Shown here in pieces: positions 38,931 to 47,751 of a stretch of 64,000 nt of DNA (its first letter is position 1; each line of letters begins with the position of its first letter). The translations under genes were made by a program, and so were the position numbers. The stretch spans positions 8,194 through 72,193 of the forward strand of contig CAYVYJ010000002.1 of the NCBI GenBank assembly GCA_964455085.1, in the 5' to 3' direction. Under the pieces are notes generated by a model, which was given only the letters and a program-made list of their open reading frames with translations, was not told the DNA's origin and did not search any database. The stretch comes from an uncultured Planctomycetia bacterium. GTDB lineage: Bacteria; Omnitrophota; Gorgyraeia; Duberdicusellales; 4484-171.

Positions 38931-39749
38931 ATGCCTAGGCGAAGCCTCACCTTTAGGGACGCCATCTCTTCTATTTATGTTTATAAATGTGATGGTCCAC
39001 CCCAGTACAGAATAGAAGAAATTACTGGTTATATAGAGAAAACATATCCCAAAGCAAAAGTAGAAGAAAGGGAAGATTTTTTTTCTTTAACGCTTAAGAA
39101 AGAAGACTACCCTGATATCGATAATCTAGCCAGAAGAATTACCCTTTGCCGAGTTCATAAAGTTAACCAAGAGACAGAAGACTTCACTCCTTTAGCCTTA
39201 GAGATTGACTATGAGAAAAAGAGACTAATTGCTCATAAACAGTTAAAAGGGGTGATTTATGATGGCTTTAAGCTGCAAGTTGTCTACAGAAAACTTCTGG
39301 TGCCCGGTGAACTTAATTTCTCGACCTGCCATATAATATTTACCAACCAACTATTAGCTAGTTTCGATAGCAATGATAGACGCTATCATCTCAGAGTCGG
39401 TATCTATGGACAACCTAATATTATCTCTGTTCCGGGATTAGTAGAAGCTTTAGCTAAGCCTAAGGAGTACTATAGAAAGATGCAGATCGGTCAGGACCCT
39501 TTGATTTTAAGCCAGGAGTTCAAAGGAGATATTATCGGGTATGAAGATACCCGGATTACAGAATTATTAAAAGGCTATTGTCTTCAAGCCCTTTTTTATC
39601 ACTTAACCGGAAATCCTTTTTGCTTAGATAAGAATTGCCGTCTTTATAATGCTCATTGGCAAAAAGAGGCTATCTGGGCCCAGATAGAGGCTGAGTATGA
39701 ATTTTGCCCAAAACACGCCGAAATTATCTCCCAATGGCAAACCAACTAA
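38931..39749 (+). CDS. Hypothetical protein (Cys/His-containing, no recognisable family)
   Basis: 272-aa ORF closing the operon; motifs CHIIF, CLDKNCRLYNAHW, CPKHAE; no assignable fold. Confidence 0.5.
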   Translation: MPRRSLTFRDAISSIYVYKCDGPPQYRIEEITGYIEKTYPKAKVEEREDFFSLTLKKEDYPDIDNLARRITLCRVHKVNQETEDFTPLALEIDYEKKRLIAHKQLKGVIYDGFKLQVVYRKLLVPGELNFSTCHIIFTNQLLASFDSNDRRYHLRVGIYGQPNIISVPGLVEALAKPKEYYRKMQIGQDPLILSQEFKGDIIGYEDTRITELLKGYCLQALFYHLTGNPFCLDKNCRLYNAHWQKEAIWAQIEAEYEFCPKHAEIISQWQTN

Positions 39750-39751
39750 TT

Positions 39752-39935
39752 CGGGACAGGTCCCATTAAAATCCGTCTTACTGAGCTTAGCTTTTTTGCG
39801 GTTTTTTTCAATTTTTCTTCAGAATCCCGGAATGGGAAAATGGTTGTTTTTTAGCAAAATGCCTAAAAAACCCTTTACCAGCTTAGCTTTTTCTAATGGG
39901 ACCTGTCCCGACAGGGACAGGTATTTTTAAGACGG
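39752..39935 (+). repeat. Non-coding element: 17-bp perfect inverted repeats (39752-39768 / 39894-39910), 13-nt direct repeats AGCTTAGCTTTTT (39785 / 39880), a second 8-bp inverted pair, and a terminator-like hairpin 39901-39922 followed by a U-tract
   Basis: CGGGACAGGTCCCATTA and its reverse complement TAATGGGACCTGTCCCG; ACCTGTCCC-GACA-GGGACAGGT followed by ATTTTTAA; CCGTCTTA paired with TAAGACGG. Confidence 0.6.
39901..39930 (+). terminator. Probable intrinsic terminator of the long sulfur/heme operon
   Basis: 9-bp GC-rich stem, 4-nt loop, then ATTTTTAA. Confidence 0.5.
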
Positions 39936-39952
39936 AAAAAATTACTTTTATC

Positions 39953-39982
39953 TTGACATACCCTAGGGGGGTATGGTATAAA
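39953..39982 (+). promoter_or_regulatory. Sigma70 promoter (TTGACA-18-TATAAA) with a CsoR-type operator ATACCCTAGGGGGGTAT in its spacer
   Basis: The operator closely matches the B. subtilis copZA CsoR operator TACCCTACGGGGGTATGGTA; csoR is encoded two genes downstream. Confidence 0.7.
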
Positions 39983-40040
39983 TGATTTAGGGGAAAAGAG
40001 TATTGAAGGGGTTAGGTATTAAGGAAAAGGAGGAAGTAAG

Positions 40041-40604
40041 ATGAGAATTTTGTTTATTTTTGCTTTATCGATTTTCTTGAGCACAGGAGTGGTTTATTCT
40101 AATCAATGTCACCAGGAGCATATGATGAGTGGAGATCATACTGAGGCTGGCCATCATACGGAGAATGAGGAACAGGTAGAAGCTGATGAAAATTTAGGGA
40201 TTTGTCCGGTTATGGGTGGGGCTGCTTCAGAAGAGTATTCTTATACCTATGAGGGAAAAACTTATTATTTTTGTTGTCCGATGTGTATAGGAGAATTCAA
40301 GAAGAATCCTGAGAAGTATATATCGAAGATTAAGGAAATTAATCTAGAGGCTTATCAATTTGGCTATGAGCCCGAAGAGGTAGTGGTAAAGAAGGGGGAT
40401 ATAGTCAGATTGCTTATCAGCTCCCGGGATGTTGCTCACGGAGTTTATATTAAAGAATATGGAGTAAGTGCTCGGGCCGAAAAGGGAAAGGTAAAAAAGG
40501 TAGAGTTTATTGCTAACGAGAGCGGTAAATTCCCAATTCTTTGTTCGGTTTATTGCGGCCGGGGACATTCGACGATGCAGGCTGTATTAATTGTTGAAGA
40601 ATGA
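40041..40604 (+). CDS. Secreted metal-binding protein: His/Met-rich N-terminus, YHS domain and CuA-like cupredoxin domain
   Basis: Signal peptide; YHS motif CPVMGG...YYFCCPMC...F..NPEKY; cupredoxin motif H...[12 protein letters not shown] (CxxxCGxxHxxM). Confidence 0.7.
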   Translation: MRILFIFALSIFLSTGVVYSNQCHQEHMMSGDHTEAGHHTENEEQVEADENLGICPVMGGAASEEYSYTYEGKTYYFCCPMCIGEFKKNPEKYISKIKEINLEAYQFGYEPEEVVVKKGDIVRLLISSRDVAHGVYIKEYGVSARAEKGKVKKVEFIANESGKFPILCSVYCGRGHSTMQAVLIVEE

Positions 40605-40634
40605 AGAGAATATTGGTTTATTTGGAGGTGAAGA

Positions 40635-40916
40635 ATGCCGCATAAAACAACTCATACAGCAAGTTTAATTGCTTTAAGAAGAATTGAAGGGCAAATTAAG
40701 GGGGTTCAGCGGATGATCGAAGAGAAGAAGTATTGCATAGACATTGTTAATCAGATCCATGCTTCGATTAATGCTCTGCGTAAGGTAGCTGAGACAATAT
40801 TAGCTAAACACATGGAACATTGTGTAGTAGATGCCATAAAAGGAAAATCAGAGCAGCAGAAAAAAGAAAAAATAGGTGAAATAATGGAAGTAATAAGGAA
40901 ACTGCAAAAACTATGA
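40635..40916 (+). CDS. csoR: CsoR/RcnR-family copper-sensing repressor
   Basis: 93 aa four-helix-bundle family with the Cys-His-Cys metal triad (YCIDIVNQIH...HMEHC). Confidence 0.8.
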   Translation: MPHKTTHTASLIALRRIEGQIKGVQRMIEEKKYCIDIVNQIHASINALRKVAETILAKHMEHCVVDAIKGKSEQQKKEKIGEIMEVIRKLQKL

Positions 40917-42178
40917 AAGTGTTTAGGGTTCTTCTTATATTTGCCTTTAGTTTTGCGATTTTTGAAGGTTTAGCTTTAGCTGAGGTTGATAGCTTTGTCT
41001 ATAACTTAGTAACTCAGGCTTTGGATAATAACCCTCAGATAAAAAGCTTAGGAAAAGAATGGCAGGCTAAGCAAGCGAAAATAGTATCAGAGAAATCACT
41101 ACCTCAGCCGGAGATTAGTTTTACTCATTTCGGGGAGTCTGTTCAAACAAGAGTAGGACCCCAGAAAAGAAAATTCGGGATAAAGGTGCCGATACCTTTT
41201 CCGACTAAACTTTCTACTAAGGGTAAGATTGCCAAGAACGAAGCCGAGATTGCTTACTCCCAGTATATCTTAGGTATAAGAGGAGTCGTTGAAGAGCTAA
41301 AGGCTTATTTTTATGATTATTATTTTGTCAGACAATCCATTAACATTTTACAGGAGGAGAAACTCATATTAGAAAGTATACACAAAAACATTCAAACCAA
41401 GTATGAAGTTTTAGAAGCTCCTCAGCAAGACCTGGTAAAGGCAGATTTAGAGATTTCAAAGATAGAAGACAGGATTTTAAACTTAATGCGTCAGCGAAAC
41501 CTTTTGCGGGCCCAGATAAACAGAGTATTAAATAAGCCTCAAGAAGAGCGCCTTGAGCTCCCCTTAGGCTATAAGCTTTTGGCTAGTGAGTTTGGAACCC
41601 GGAAAGATGTTTTATTAGATAAGGCTTTTAAAGAGAGCCCTCATATATTGCTGGAAAGGATAGGAGTAGAGAAGCAGGAGCAGAAACTTTCTCTAGCTAA
41701 ACAAGGGTTTCTGCCTGATTTTACGGTTATGGCTGAATATATAGAGGTGGGTTCGGGAGAGACTACTGCTGCTGAGGACGGGCAAGATGCCTGGATGATT
41801 GGAGTGGGGGTTAAAGTTCCTTTATGGTTTTGGAAGATAAAGTCGGATATTAAATCAGAAGAGTTTAGGCTAGAGTCTAAAAAGTATAGTTTTGAGGAGA
41901 AAGAGAACTTTTTGTCTTTTAAGATTGAAGATTCATTTTTTAAGCTAAAGACTGAAGAGCAGCTGGTAGATTTATATGAGAATGTATTGTTGCCTCAGGC
42001 TGAACAAAATTTTTCTGTATCTCGTATTGGCTATGAGGGTGGAGAGGTTGACTTCTTAAGTTGGCTTGATGCCGAAAGAAACTTAATTTCTATAAAAATA
42101 GCGAAGCTTAAGCAAGTAGTTGATTATAAAAAGACAATTGCTCAACTTGAGTATATTGTGGGAGAAGATTTAGAGTAG
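40913..42178 (+). CDS. TolC/CusC-family outer-membrane efflux protein
   Basis: Signal peptide, two OEP repeats with coiled-coil segments, 421 aa. Confidence 0.75.
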   Translation: MKVFRVLLIFAFSFAIFEGLALAEVDSFVYNLVTQALDNNPQIKSLGKEWQAKQAKIVSEKSLPQPEISFTHFGESVQTRVGPQKRKFGIKVPIPFPTKLSTKGKIAKNEAEIAYSQYILGIRGVVEELKAYFYDYYFVRQSINILQEEKLILESIHKNIQTKYEVLEAPQQDLVKADLEISKIEDRILNLMRQRNLLRAQINRVLNKPQEERLELPLGYKLLASEFGTRKDVLLDKAFKESPHILLERIGVEKQEQKLSLAKQGFLPDFTVMAEYIEVGSGETTAAEDGQDAWMIGVGVKVPLWFWKIKSDIKSEEFRLESKKYSFEEKENFLSFKIEDSFFKLKTEEQLVDLYENVLLPQAEQNFSVSRIGYEGGEVDFLSWLDAERNLISIKIAKLKQVVDYKKTIAQLEYIVGEDLE

Positions 42179-42217
42179 TTCACCTAGGCTTTAAGTTTCG
42201 GTGGACAGGGAGGTTTT

Positions 42218-43372
42218 ATGAAAAAAATAATATTTATAGTCTTAGTTATAGTTATTGGTTTAGCCTTATTTACGAGGAAAGAGAAGGAGGTTGCTAAGAG
42301 TCCTGTAGAGAATAAAGAAAGCCAAGCCCAAGCATCAGAAGAACCTAAAATACTATATTATACCTGCGGTATGCATCCTTCAGTTAAAGTAGGCCTTAAG
42401 GAGTACGATAAAGGAAATAAAACTTGCCCGATATGTAATATGTTTTTAACGCCAGTATATGAAAAAACAAAAGGAGCAGTTTCAGATGAAGATGTAGTAT
42501 CTATTGATTTGAAAGGTTTATCTTTAGCTGGCATTGAGACTTATGAGCTTAAAATTATTCCTTTATCTAAACAGATAGAGACCGTAGGTATTGTAGCTTA
42601 TGACCCAGCTCTGCGCACAGCCGAGGAGGAATACTTGCAAGCTTTAAAGACTTATAAGAAGATTTCTCAATCGGACTTTCAAGATGCTAAAGATAGGGCT
42701 AAGGATATCCTAGAAGCTGCTAAAATAAAATTAAAAATTTTAGGTTTGAATCAAGAGTCAATTAAAGAATTAGAAAAAAGAGGCAGCGCTGATAAGAGCT
42801 TAATCTTACCAGATGAGACTATGTGGGTGTATGCTCATCTTTATGAATATGAATTAAGTTGGCCTCAAGTAGGAGATAAGGTCGAGATGGTATCGGAGGT
42901 TGACCCTTCAGTAATTATTGAAGGAGAAATTAAAAACATTGAACCAATTGTCCAAGAGAGAACAAGGACTTTAAAATTACAAATACTTGCTGATAACAAG
43001 AGTAATATTTTAAAACCAAATATGTATGTTGATGTTCGCTTCAATATGGAATTAGGTAAGGCCCTAGCTCTACCCAAAGAAGCAATTTTAGATACTGGCA
43101 AGAGAAAGATTATCTATGTAGATTTGGGCCAAGGTGATTTTCAACTAAGAGAAGTGTTGGTTGGACCTTTGGTTCAAGGAACTGCTAAAGGTGAAGACCT
43201 ATATTTTTACCCCTTAGTCGAAGGGGCAGAAGCTGGTGAAAGAGTTGTGTCAAAGGGAAACTTTTTAATCGACTCTCAATCTCAACTAGGGGCAGCCTCC
43301 TCTGTTTATGGAGGAGCCTTAGGGGCTGAAGAGGAGTCTGAGGCACCTGAAGCAGCAACACACCAGCATTAA
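42218..43372 (+). CDS. CusB/CzcB-family membrane fusion protein with N-terminal heavy-metal-binding CGMHP motif
   Basis: YYTCGMHPSV heavy-metal-binding motif plus C-x-x-C; HlyD-like beta-barrel/lipoyl domains. Confidence 0.8.
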   Translation: MKKIIFIVLVIVIGLALFTRKEKEVAKSPVENKESQAQASEEPKILYYTCGMHPSVKVGLKEYDKGNKTCPICNMFLTPVYEKTKGAVSDEDVVSIDLKGLSLAGIETYELKIIPLSKQIETVGIVAYDPALRTAEEEYLQALKTYKKISQSDFQDAKDRAKDILEAAKIKLKILGLNQESIKELEKRGSADKSLILPDETMWVYAHLYEYELSWPQVGDKVEMVSEVDPSVIIEGEIKNIEPIVQERTRTLKLQILADNKSNILKPNMYVDVRFNMELGKALALPKEAILDTGKRKIIYVDLGQGDFQLREVLVGPLVQGTAKGEDLYFYPLVEGAEAGERVVSKGNFLIDSQSQLGAASSVYGGALGAEEESEAPEAATHQH

Positions 43373-43471
43373 TGAGGCCAAAACTTATGGAGCAAAGCGA
43401 ACATAAGTTTAAAGGCCGAATTAATCCGCCGAAGCCTTGGCGGAGGCGGATAAAATACTTATGACCGAATC

Positions 43472-46400
43472 ATGATTAATAAAATCATAGAAGATTGTCT
43501 TAAAAACAGATTTCTAGTTATTGCCGGGTTTGCTTTGATTATCTTTTGGGGAGTTGTGTCGATGAAGGATACCCCGGTAGATGCTATACCGGATATCGGA
43601 GAACTGCAAGTACTTGTCTATGCTGATTGGCCGGGTCGAAGCCCTAAAGATGTAGAAGACCAGGTAATTTATCCTTTGACTACCGGCCTTATGGGTACCC
43701 CGGAAGTAAAAGTGGTGCGTTCGACATCTGCATTTGGCTTTGGTTTAGTAAATATGATATTTAAACAAGGTACTGATTTTTACTGGGCCCGGACCCGGGT
43801 ACTGGAGAGATTAGATTTTGCTAAACGCGATATTCCTAAAGATGCAAAAGTTACCTTAGGCCCTGATGCAACTGCTTTGGGCCAGATTTTTTGGTACACA
43901 GTGGAAGGAGAAGGATATGATCTTGCCCAATTGCGTTCAATCCAAGATTGGTATATCAGATATCAATTAAATGCTGTGGAAGGGGTTTCTGAAGTTGCTT
44001 CAGTGGGAGGCTACCTCCGGCAATATCAGATAGATATTAACCCCAATAAGCTTTTTACTTATGGAATAGGCATACATAAGGTTGTTGAAGCGGTTAAGAA
44101 GTCAAACATTGATGTCGGAGCTAAGGTTTTTGAGGAGGGGGGGGTTGAGTTCATTGTCAGAGGATTAGGTTTTATAAAGAATACTGCTGATATTGAGAAT
44201 ATTGTTATTGACCAACGAGAAGGTGTACCTATATATCTTAAGAATATTGCCAATGTAACTATCGGGCCAGAATTTAGAAGGGGTGCTTTGGATAAAGAGG
44301 GTAAAGAAGTTACCGGTGGTGTCATCCTTATGCGCTATGGCGAGAATCCACTTGAGGTTATAAAAGAGATTAAAGAAAAGATAAGTGAGTTATCAGTGGG
44401 GTTGCCGGAAGGGGTAAAAATAGTTCCTTTTTATGACCGCACCGGTCTTATACAGCGTTCGATTAATACCTTAAGCAGTGCTCTCACCCAGGAGATTGTT
44501 ATCACTATTTTTGTGATAATGGTTTTTCTTCTTCACTTCTGGGGGAGTGTAGTTATATCAATAGTCTTACCGATAGGAGTTCTGATCTCTTTTATCTTGA
44601 TGAGGCGAATAGGCGTAGATGCTAACATTATGTCTTTAGGTGGCATTGCTATAGCAATCGGGGTTATGGTTGATTCCGGATGTGTATTAGTTGAGAATAT
44701 CTACCGAAGAATTGTCGATCGAAGAAAGGAATTAGGGGTCAGGCGTCTTAGACCTGAGGAGAGATTGGATACCTGTCTAAGTTCAGCCCAAGAGGTAGGC
44801 AAGCCAGTGCTTTTTGCCTTGCTTACAACTATTGTTGGTTTTATCCCGGTATTTGTTTTAACCGGCCAGGCCGGAAAGCTTTTCCGGCCGCTTGCCTTTA
44901 CCAAGACATTTGCTATGGCCGGAGCTGCTGTTATTGCTTTAACTCTCCTACCCACACTTTGTTATTACCTCTTGAGAGGAAGATTAAAGTCGGTTGATGA
45001 GAATAGAACAGCTCAAGGTTTACATGAGGTATACAAACCGACAATTACCTGGGCCGTTAAAAACAAAGGCAAAATTGCCATAATTTCTATTGCAATTATA
45101 ACTTTAGGCCTTATTTGTGGTTCTCTTCTCGGCCAGGAGTTTATGCCGTCCTTAAATGAAGGTGACTTTTTGTTTATGCCGGTACTTTTGCCAGGAGCAT
45201 CCTTAACTCAGGTTATGGATGTGATGAGAAAGCAAGATATTATTATTAAGAACGAATTTCCCGAAGTTGAATCGGTGGTGGGAAAATTAGGCCGGGCCGA
45301 GACTGCTACTGATCCGGCACCAGTAGGAATGATTGAGACCATTATTCATCTAAAGGATAAGAAGTTTTGGCGCCGGGGTTATACCAGGGAGAAACTTATC
45401 TCTGAAATTCAAGAAAAGACAAGGATGCCAGGAGTAAGTCCAATAATGACCCAGCCAATAAGGAACAGAATTGATATGTTGGCAACCGGGATTCAGACTC
45501 CGGTAGGAATTAAGGTCTTCGGGCCAGACTTAGAGAAAATAGTTGATATAGCCATTAAGGTGGAAGGCATTGTTGGTAGAGTCAGGGGCGCGGTAAGTCC
45601 TTATGCTGAACGTACCTCTAACCGACCTTACTTTGAGATAGAAGTAGATAGAGAAAAGGCAGCTAAATATGGAGTAAAGGTTGCTGATATCCAGCAGGTT
45701 ATTATGACTGCAATCGGTGGGATGAACTTAACCACTACTGTTGAAGGAAGAGAGAGATACCCAGTACGAATTAGATACTTAAGAGAGTTGAGGGATAGCC
45801 CGCAAGCTCTGGAGCGTATTTTTGTTCCAACTAAAGATGGAGTACGTATCCCTTTAGCTCAGATTGCAGATTTAAGAAAATCTCCTGGTCCGGCAGTAAT
45901 TAATGCTGAGAATACCCTTACTTATGCCAGAGTTTTTGTAAATGTTAATCAAGATGAACAGGGTCTAATAGATTTTGTAAATGAGGCTAAAGATGAAGTA
46001 AATAGAGAAATAAAAAATGGAAATTTAGTATTACCGCCAGGGTATTATATTTCCTGGTCTGGACAATTTGAGTCCGAAATGGAATCTCGCAGGAGACTAA
46101 TTCCCTCTTTGGTAATTTGTTTAGCTCTTATTGTTGTCATACTTTATATGGCATTTAAAAATGTAACATCTTTATTGATTCTTCTAACCGGATTACCAGT
46201 AGCATTAATGGGGGGTATTATATTATTATTTCTTTTAGGTTTTAATTTTTCTACCGCAGTATGGGTGGGATTTATTGCTTTGTTTGGAGTGGCTACCGAT
46301 AATGGTGTGGTATTACTCTCGGCTTTAGATGATTTATTTAGAAAAAAAGTGCCTAAGACTATTGAAGCAATAAGAGAGACAGCTATAGAAGCTGGGCTGT

Positions 46401-46621
46401 TAAGAGTACGGCCGGCGATTATGACTACTGCAACTACAATCCTTGCTCTCCTGCCAGTGATGCTTTCAAAAGGAACCGGTTCTGAGTTTATGAAGCCAAT
46501 GGCAGCACCCACAGTAGGTGGTCTTATTACAGCTACCCTTTCGAATCTCATTTTGGTTCCGGTTCTCTATTGCTGGGCTAAAGAAAGAAAGTTAAAAACT
46601 AAAGAAGCCAAGAAATCTTAA
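43472..46621 (+). CDS. CusA/CzcA-family heavy-metal efflux RND transporter
   Basis: 1049 aa, 12-TM RND architecture. Confidence 0.9.
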   Translation: MINKIIEDCLKNRFLVIAGFALIIFWGVVSMKDTPVDAIPDIGELQVLVYADWPGRSPKDVEDQVIYPLTTGLMGTPEVKVVRSTSAFGFGLVNMIFKQGTDFYWARTRVLERLDFAKRDIPKDAKVTLGPDATALGQIFWYTVEGEGYDLAQLRSIQDWYIRYQLNAVEGVSEVASVGGYLRQYQIDINPNKLFTYGIGIHKVVEAVKKSNIDVGAKVFEEGGVEFIVRGLGFIKNTADIENIVIDQREGVPIYLKNIANVTIGPEFRRGALDKEGKEVTGGVILMRYGENPLEVIKEIKEKISELSVGLPEGVKIVPFYDRTGLIQRSINTLSSALTQEIVITIFVIMVFLLHFWGSVVISIVLPIGVLISFILMRRIGVDANIMSLGGIAIAIGVMVDSGCVLVENIYRRIVDRRKELGVRRLRPEERLDTCLSSAQEVGKPVLFALLTTIVGFIPVFVLTGQAGKLFRPLAFTKTFAMAGAAVIALTLLPTLCYYLLRGRLKSVDENRTAQGLHEVYKPTITWAVKNKGKIAIISIAIITLGLICGSLLGQEFMPSLNEGDFLFMPVLLPGASLTQVMDVMRKQDIIIKNEFPEVESVVGKLGRAETATDPAPVGMIETIIHLKDKKFWRRGYTREKLISEIQEKTRMPGVSPIMTQPIRNRIDMLATGIQTPVGIKVFGPDLEKIVDIAIKVEGIVGRVRGAVSPYAERTSNRPYFEIEVDREKAAKYGVKVADIQQVIMTAIGGMNLTTTVEGRERYPVRIRYLRELRDSPQALERIFVPTKDGVRIPLAQIADLRKSPGPAVINAENTLTYARVFVNVNQDEQGLIDFVNEAKDEVNREIKNGNLVLPPGYYISWSGQFESEMESRRRLIPSLVICLALIVVILYMAFKNVTSLLILLTGLPVALMGGIILLFLLGFNFSTAVWVGFIALFGVATDNGVVLLSALDDLFRKKVPKTIEAIRETAIEAGLLRVRPAIMTTATTILALLPVMLSKGTGSEFMKPMAAPTVGGLITATLSNLILVPVLYCWAKERKLKTKEAKKS

Positions 46622-46654
46622 ACAACTCTTAAAATACTACAGGTATTAATTATA

Positions 46655-47629
46655 ATGGCAAAGATAGATAAGGATTTAGATTATATAATTCTTCAACAGT
46701 TAAAGGATAATCAGGGCTATACTTCTGGAGAGGAGCTAGCCGGTAGACTAAAGATTAGTCGCCAGGCCCTCTGGAAGCATATTGGTAAGCTTAGTGATAA
46801 AGGTTATGAGATTGTAGCTGCTCCGCATCTAGGCTATAAGCTTATTTCTTGCCCTGATAAGTTTTATCCTTGGGAAGTTCAACATAATTTAAACACTCAT
46901 CTTATCGGCAAAGAGATTCAACATAAAGAGGTAATAGATTCCACCCAGAACCTGGCTTGGCAATTAGGGTTAGAAGGTGTCCCTGAGGGTACAGTAGTAT
47001 TTGCTGAAACCCAAAAGAAAGGAAGAGGCCGTATCCAGAGGCAATGGATTTCTCCCCGAGGAGGAATTTATTTCTCATTACTCTTAAAGCCTCATTTTCT
47101 TCTTATCCAAGAGGTTCCTCAAATCACTCTGCTTATTGTTTTAGGTTGTCTGCGGGGGATAAAAAAAGCAACTGGTGTGGAGTGCTCAGTAAAATGGCCT
47201 AATGATATTTATCTTAAAGGAAAAAAATTAGGAGGAATACTCTGTGAGATAAATGCTGAGATAGATAGAATTCACTTTGTAGTAGTAGGGATAGGTATTA
47301 ATGTTAATTCAAAGGATCTACCTTCTCAGGCTACTTCTTTATTCTTAAATTTAAAGAAGAAAGTGTCGCGAGTAGAGATCGCTAAAAGAATACTTGAAGA
47401 AATAGAAGCTTGTTATCGCCAGGCTGAAGCCGAAGGTTTTTCTAACTTGCTTGGAGAGTGGAGTCAATTTTGTTTTCTTTGGGGTAAGCGAGTAAAAGTA
47501 AAGGTCTTTAACAAAAGAATAGAAGGTGAAGCTGCTGGAATAGATGAGAAAGGGTACTTACTCTTGCGCAAAGACAATGGCTTAATCGAAAAAGTATCTG
47601 CCGGAGACGTGACCAAGCTTGTCCTCTAA
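46655..47629 (+). CDS. birA: Bifunctional biotin--[acetyl-CoA-carboxylase] ligase / bio-operon repressor
   Basis: N-terminal wHTH (GYTSGEELAGRLKISRQALWKHIGKL), BPL domain GRGRIQRQWISPRGG, C-terminal SH3-like domain. Confidence 0.9.
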   Translation: MAKIDKDLDYIILQQLKDNQGYTSGEELAGRLKISRQALWKHIGKLSDKGYEIVAAPHLGYKLISCPDKFYPWEVQHNLNTHLIGKEIQHKEVIDSTQNLAWQLGLEGVPEGTVVFAETQKKGRGRIQRQWISPRGGIYFSLLLKPHFLLIQEVPQITLLIVLGCLRGIKKATGVECSVKWPNDIYLKGKKLGGILCEINAEIDRIHFVVVGIGINVNSKDLPSQATSLFLNLKKKVSRVEIAKRILEEIEACYRQAEAEGFSNLLGEWSQFCFLWGKRVKVKVFNKRIEGEAAGIDEKGYLLLRKDNGLIEKVSAGDVTKLVL

Positions 47630-47661
47630 AAGCCTACCATTTTAAATCTTTCCTTTTGAAA

Positions 47662-47734
47662 TCGTAAACCTTTAGAACCAATACTTACACACCCGGTGTG
47701 CAAGGGAGTTGTGGTTGTAATTGTAAACCTTTAG
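47662..47734 (+). promoter_or_regulatory. Two direct copies of (T/C)TGTAAACCTTTAG (47662-47675, 47721-47734) between birA and bioB; candidate BirA operator half-sites
   Basis: TTGTAAACC is identical to the E. coli bioO half-site; the copies here are direct, not inverted. Confidence 0.4.
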
Positions 47735-47751
47735 TGATAGAATGGGTGACA

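Noticed and set aside
39697-39930. 77-aa plus-strand ORF spanning the inverted-repeat element
   Set aside because: It starts inside the preceding gene and is low-complexity. Its sequence is dictated by the palindromic repeats, so the region is better explained as structured non-coding DNA or RNA.
47698-47751. Longer N-terminus of bioB (MQGSCGCNCKPLVIEWVT)
   Set aside because: The extension covers the conserved TGTAAACC repeats in the birA-bioB intergenic region and has no RBS. ATG 47752 with a GGTGA RBS gives a typical BioB N-terminus.
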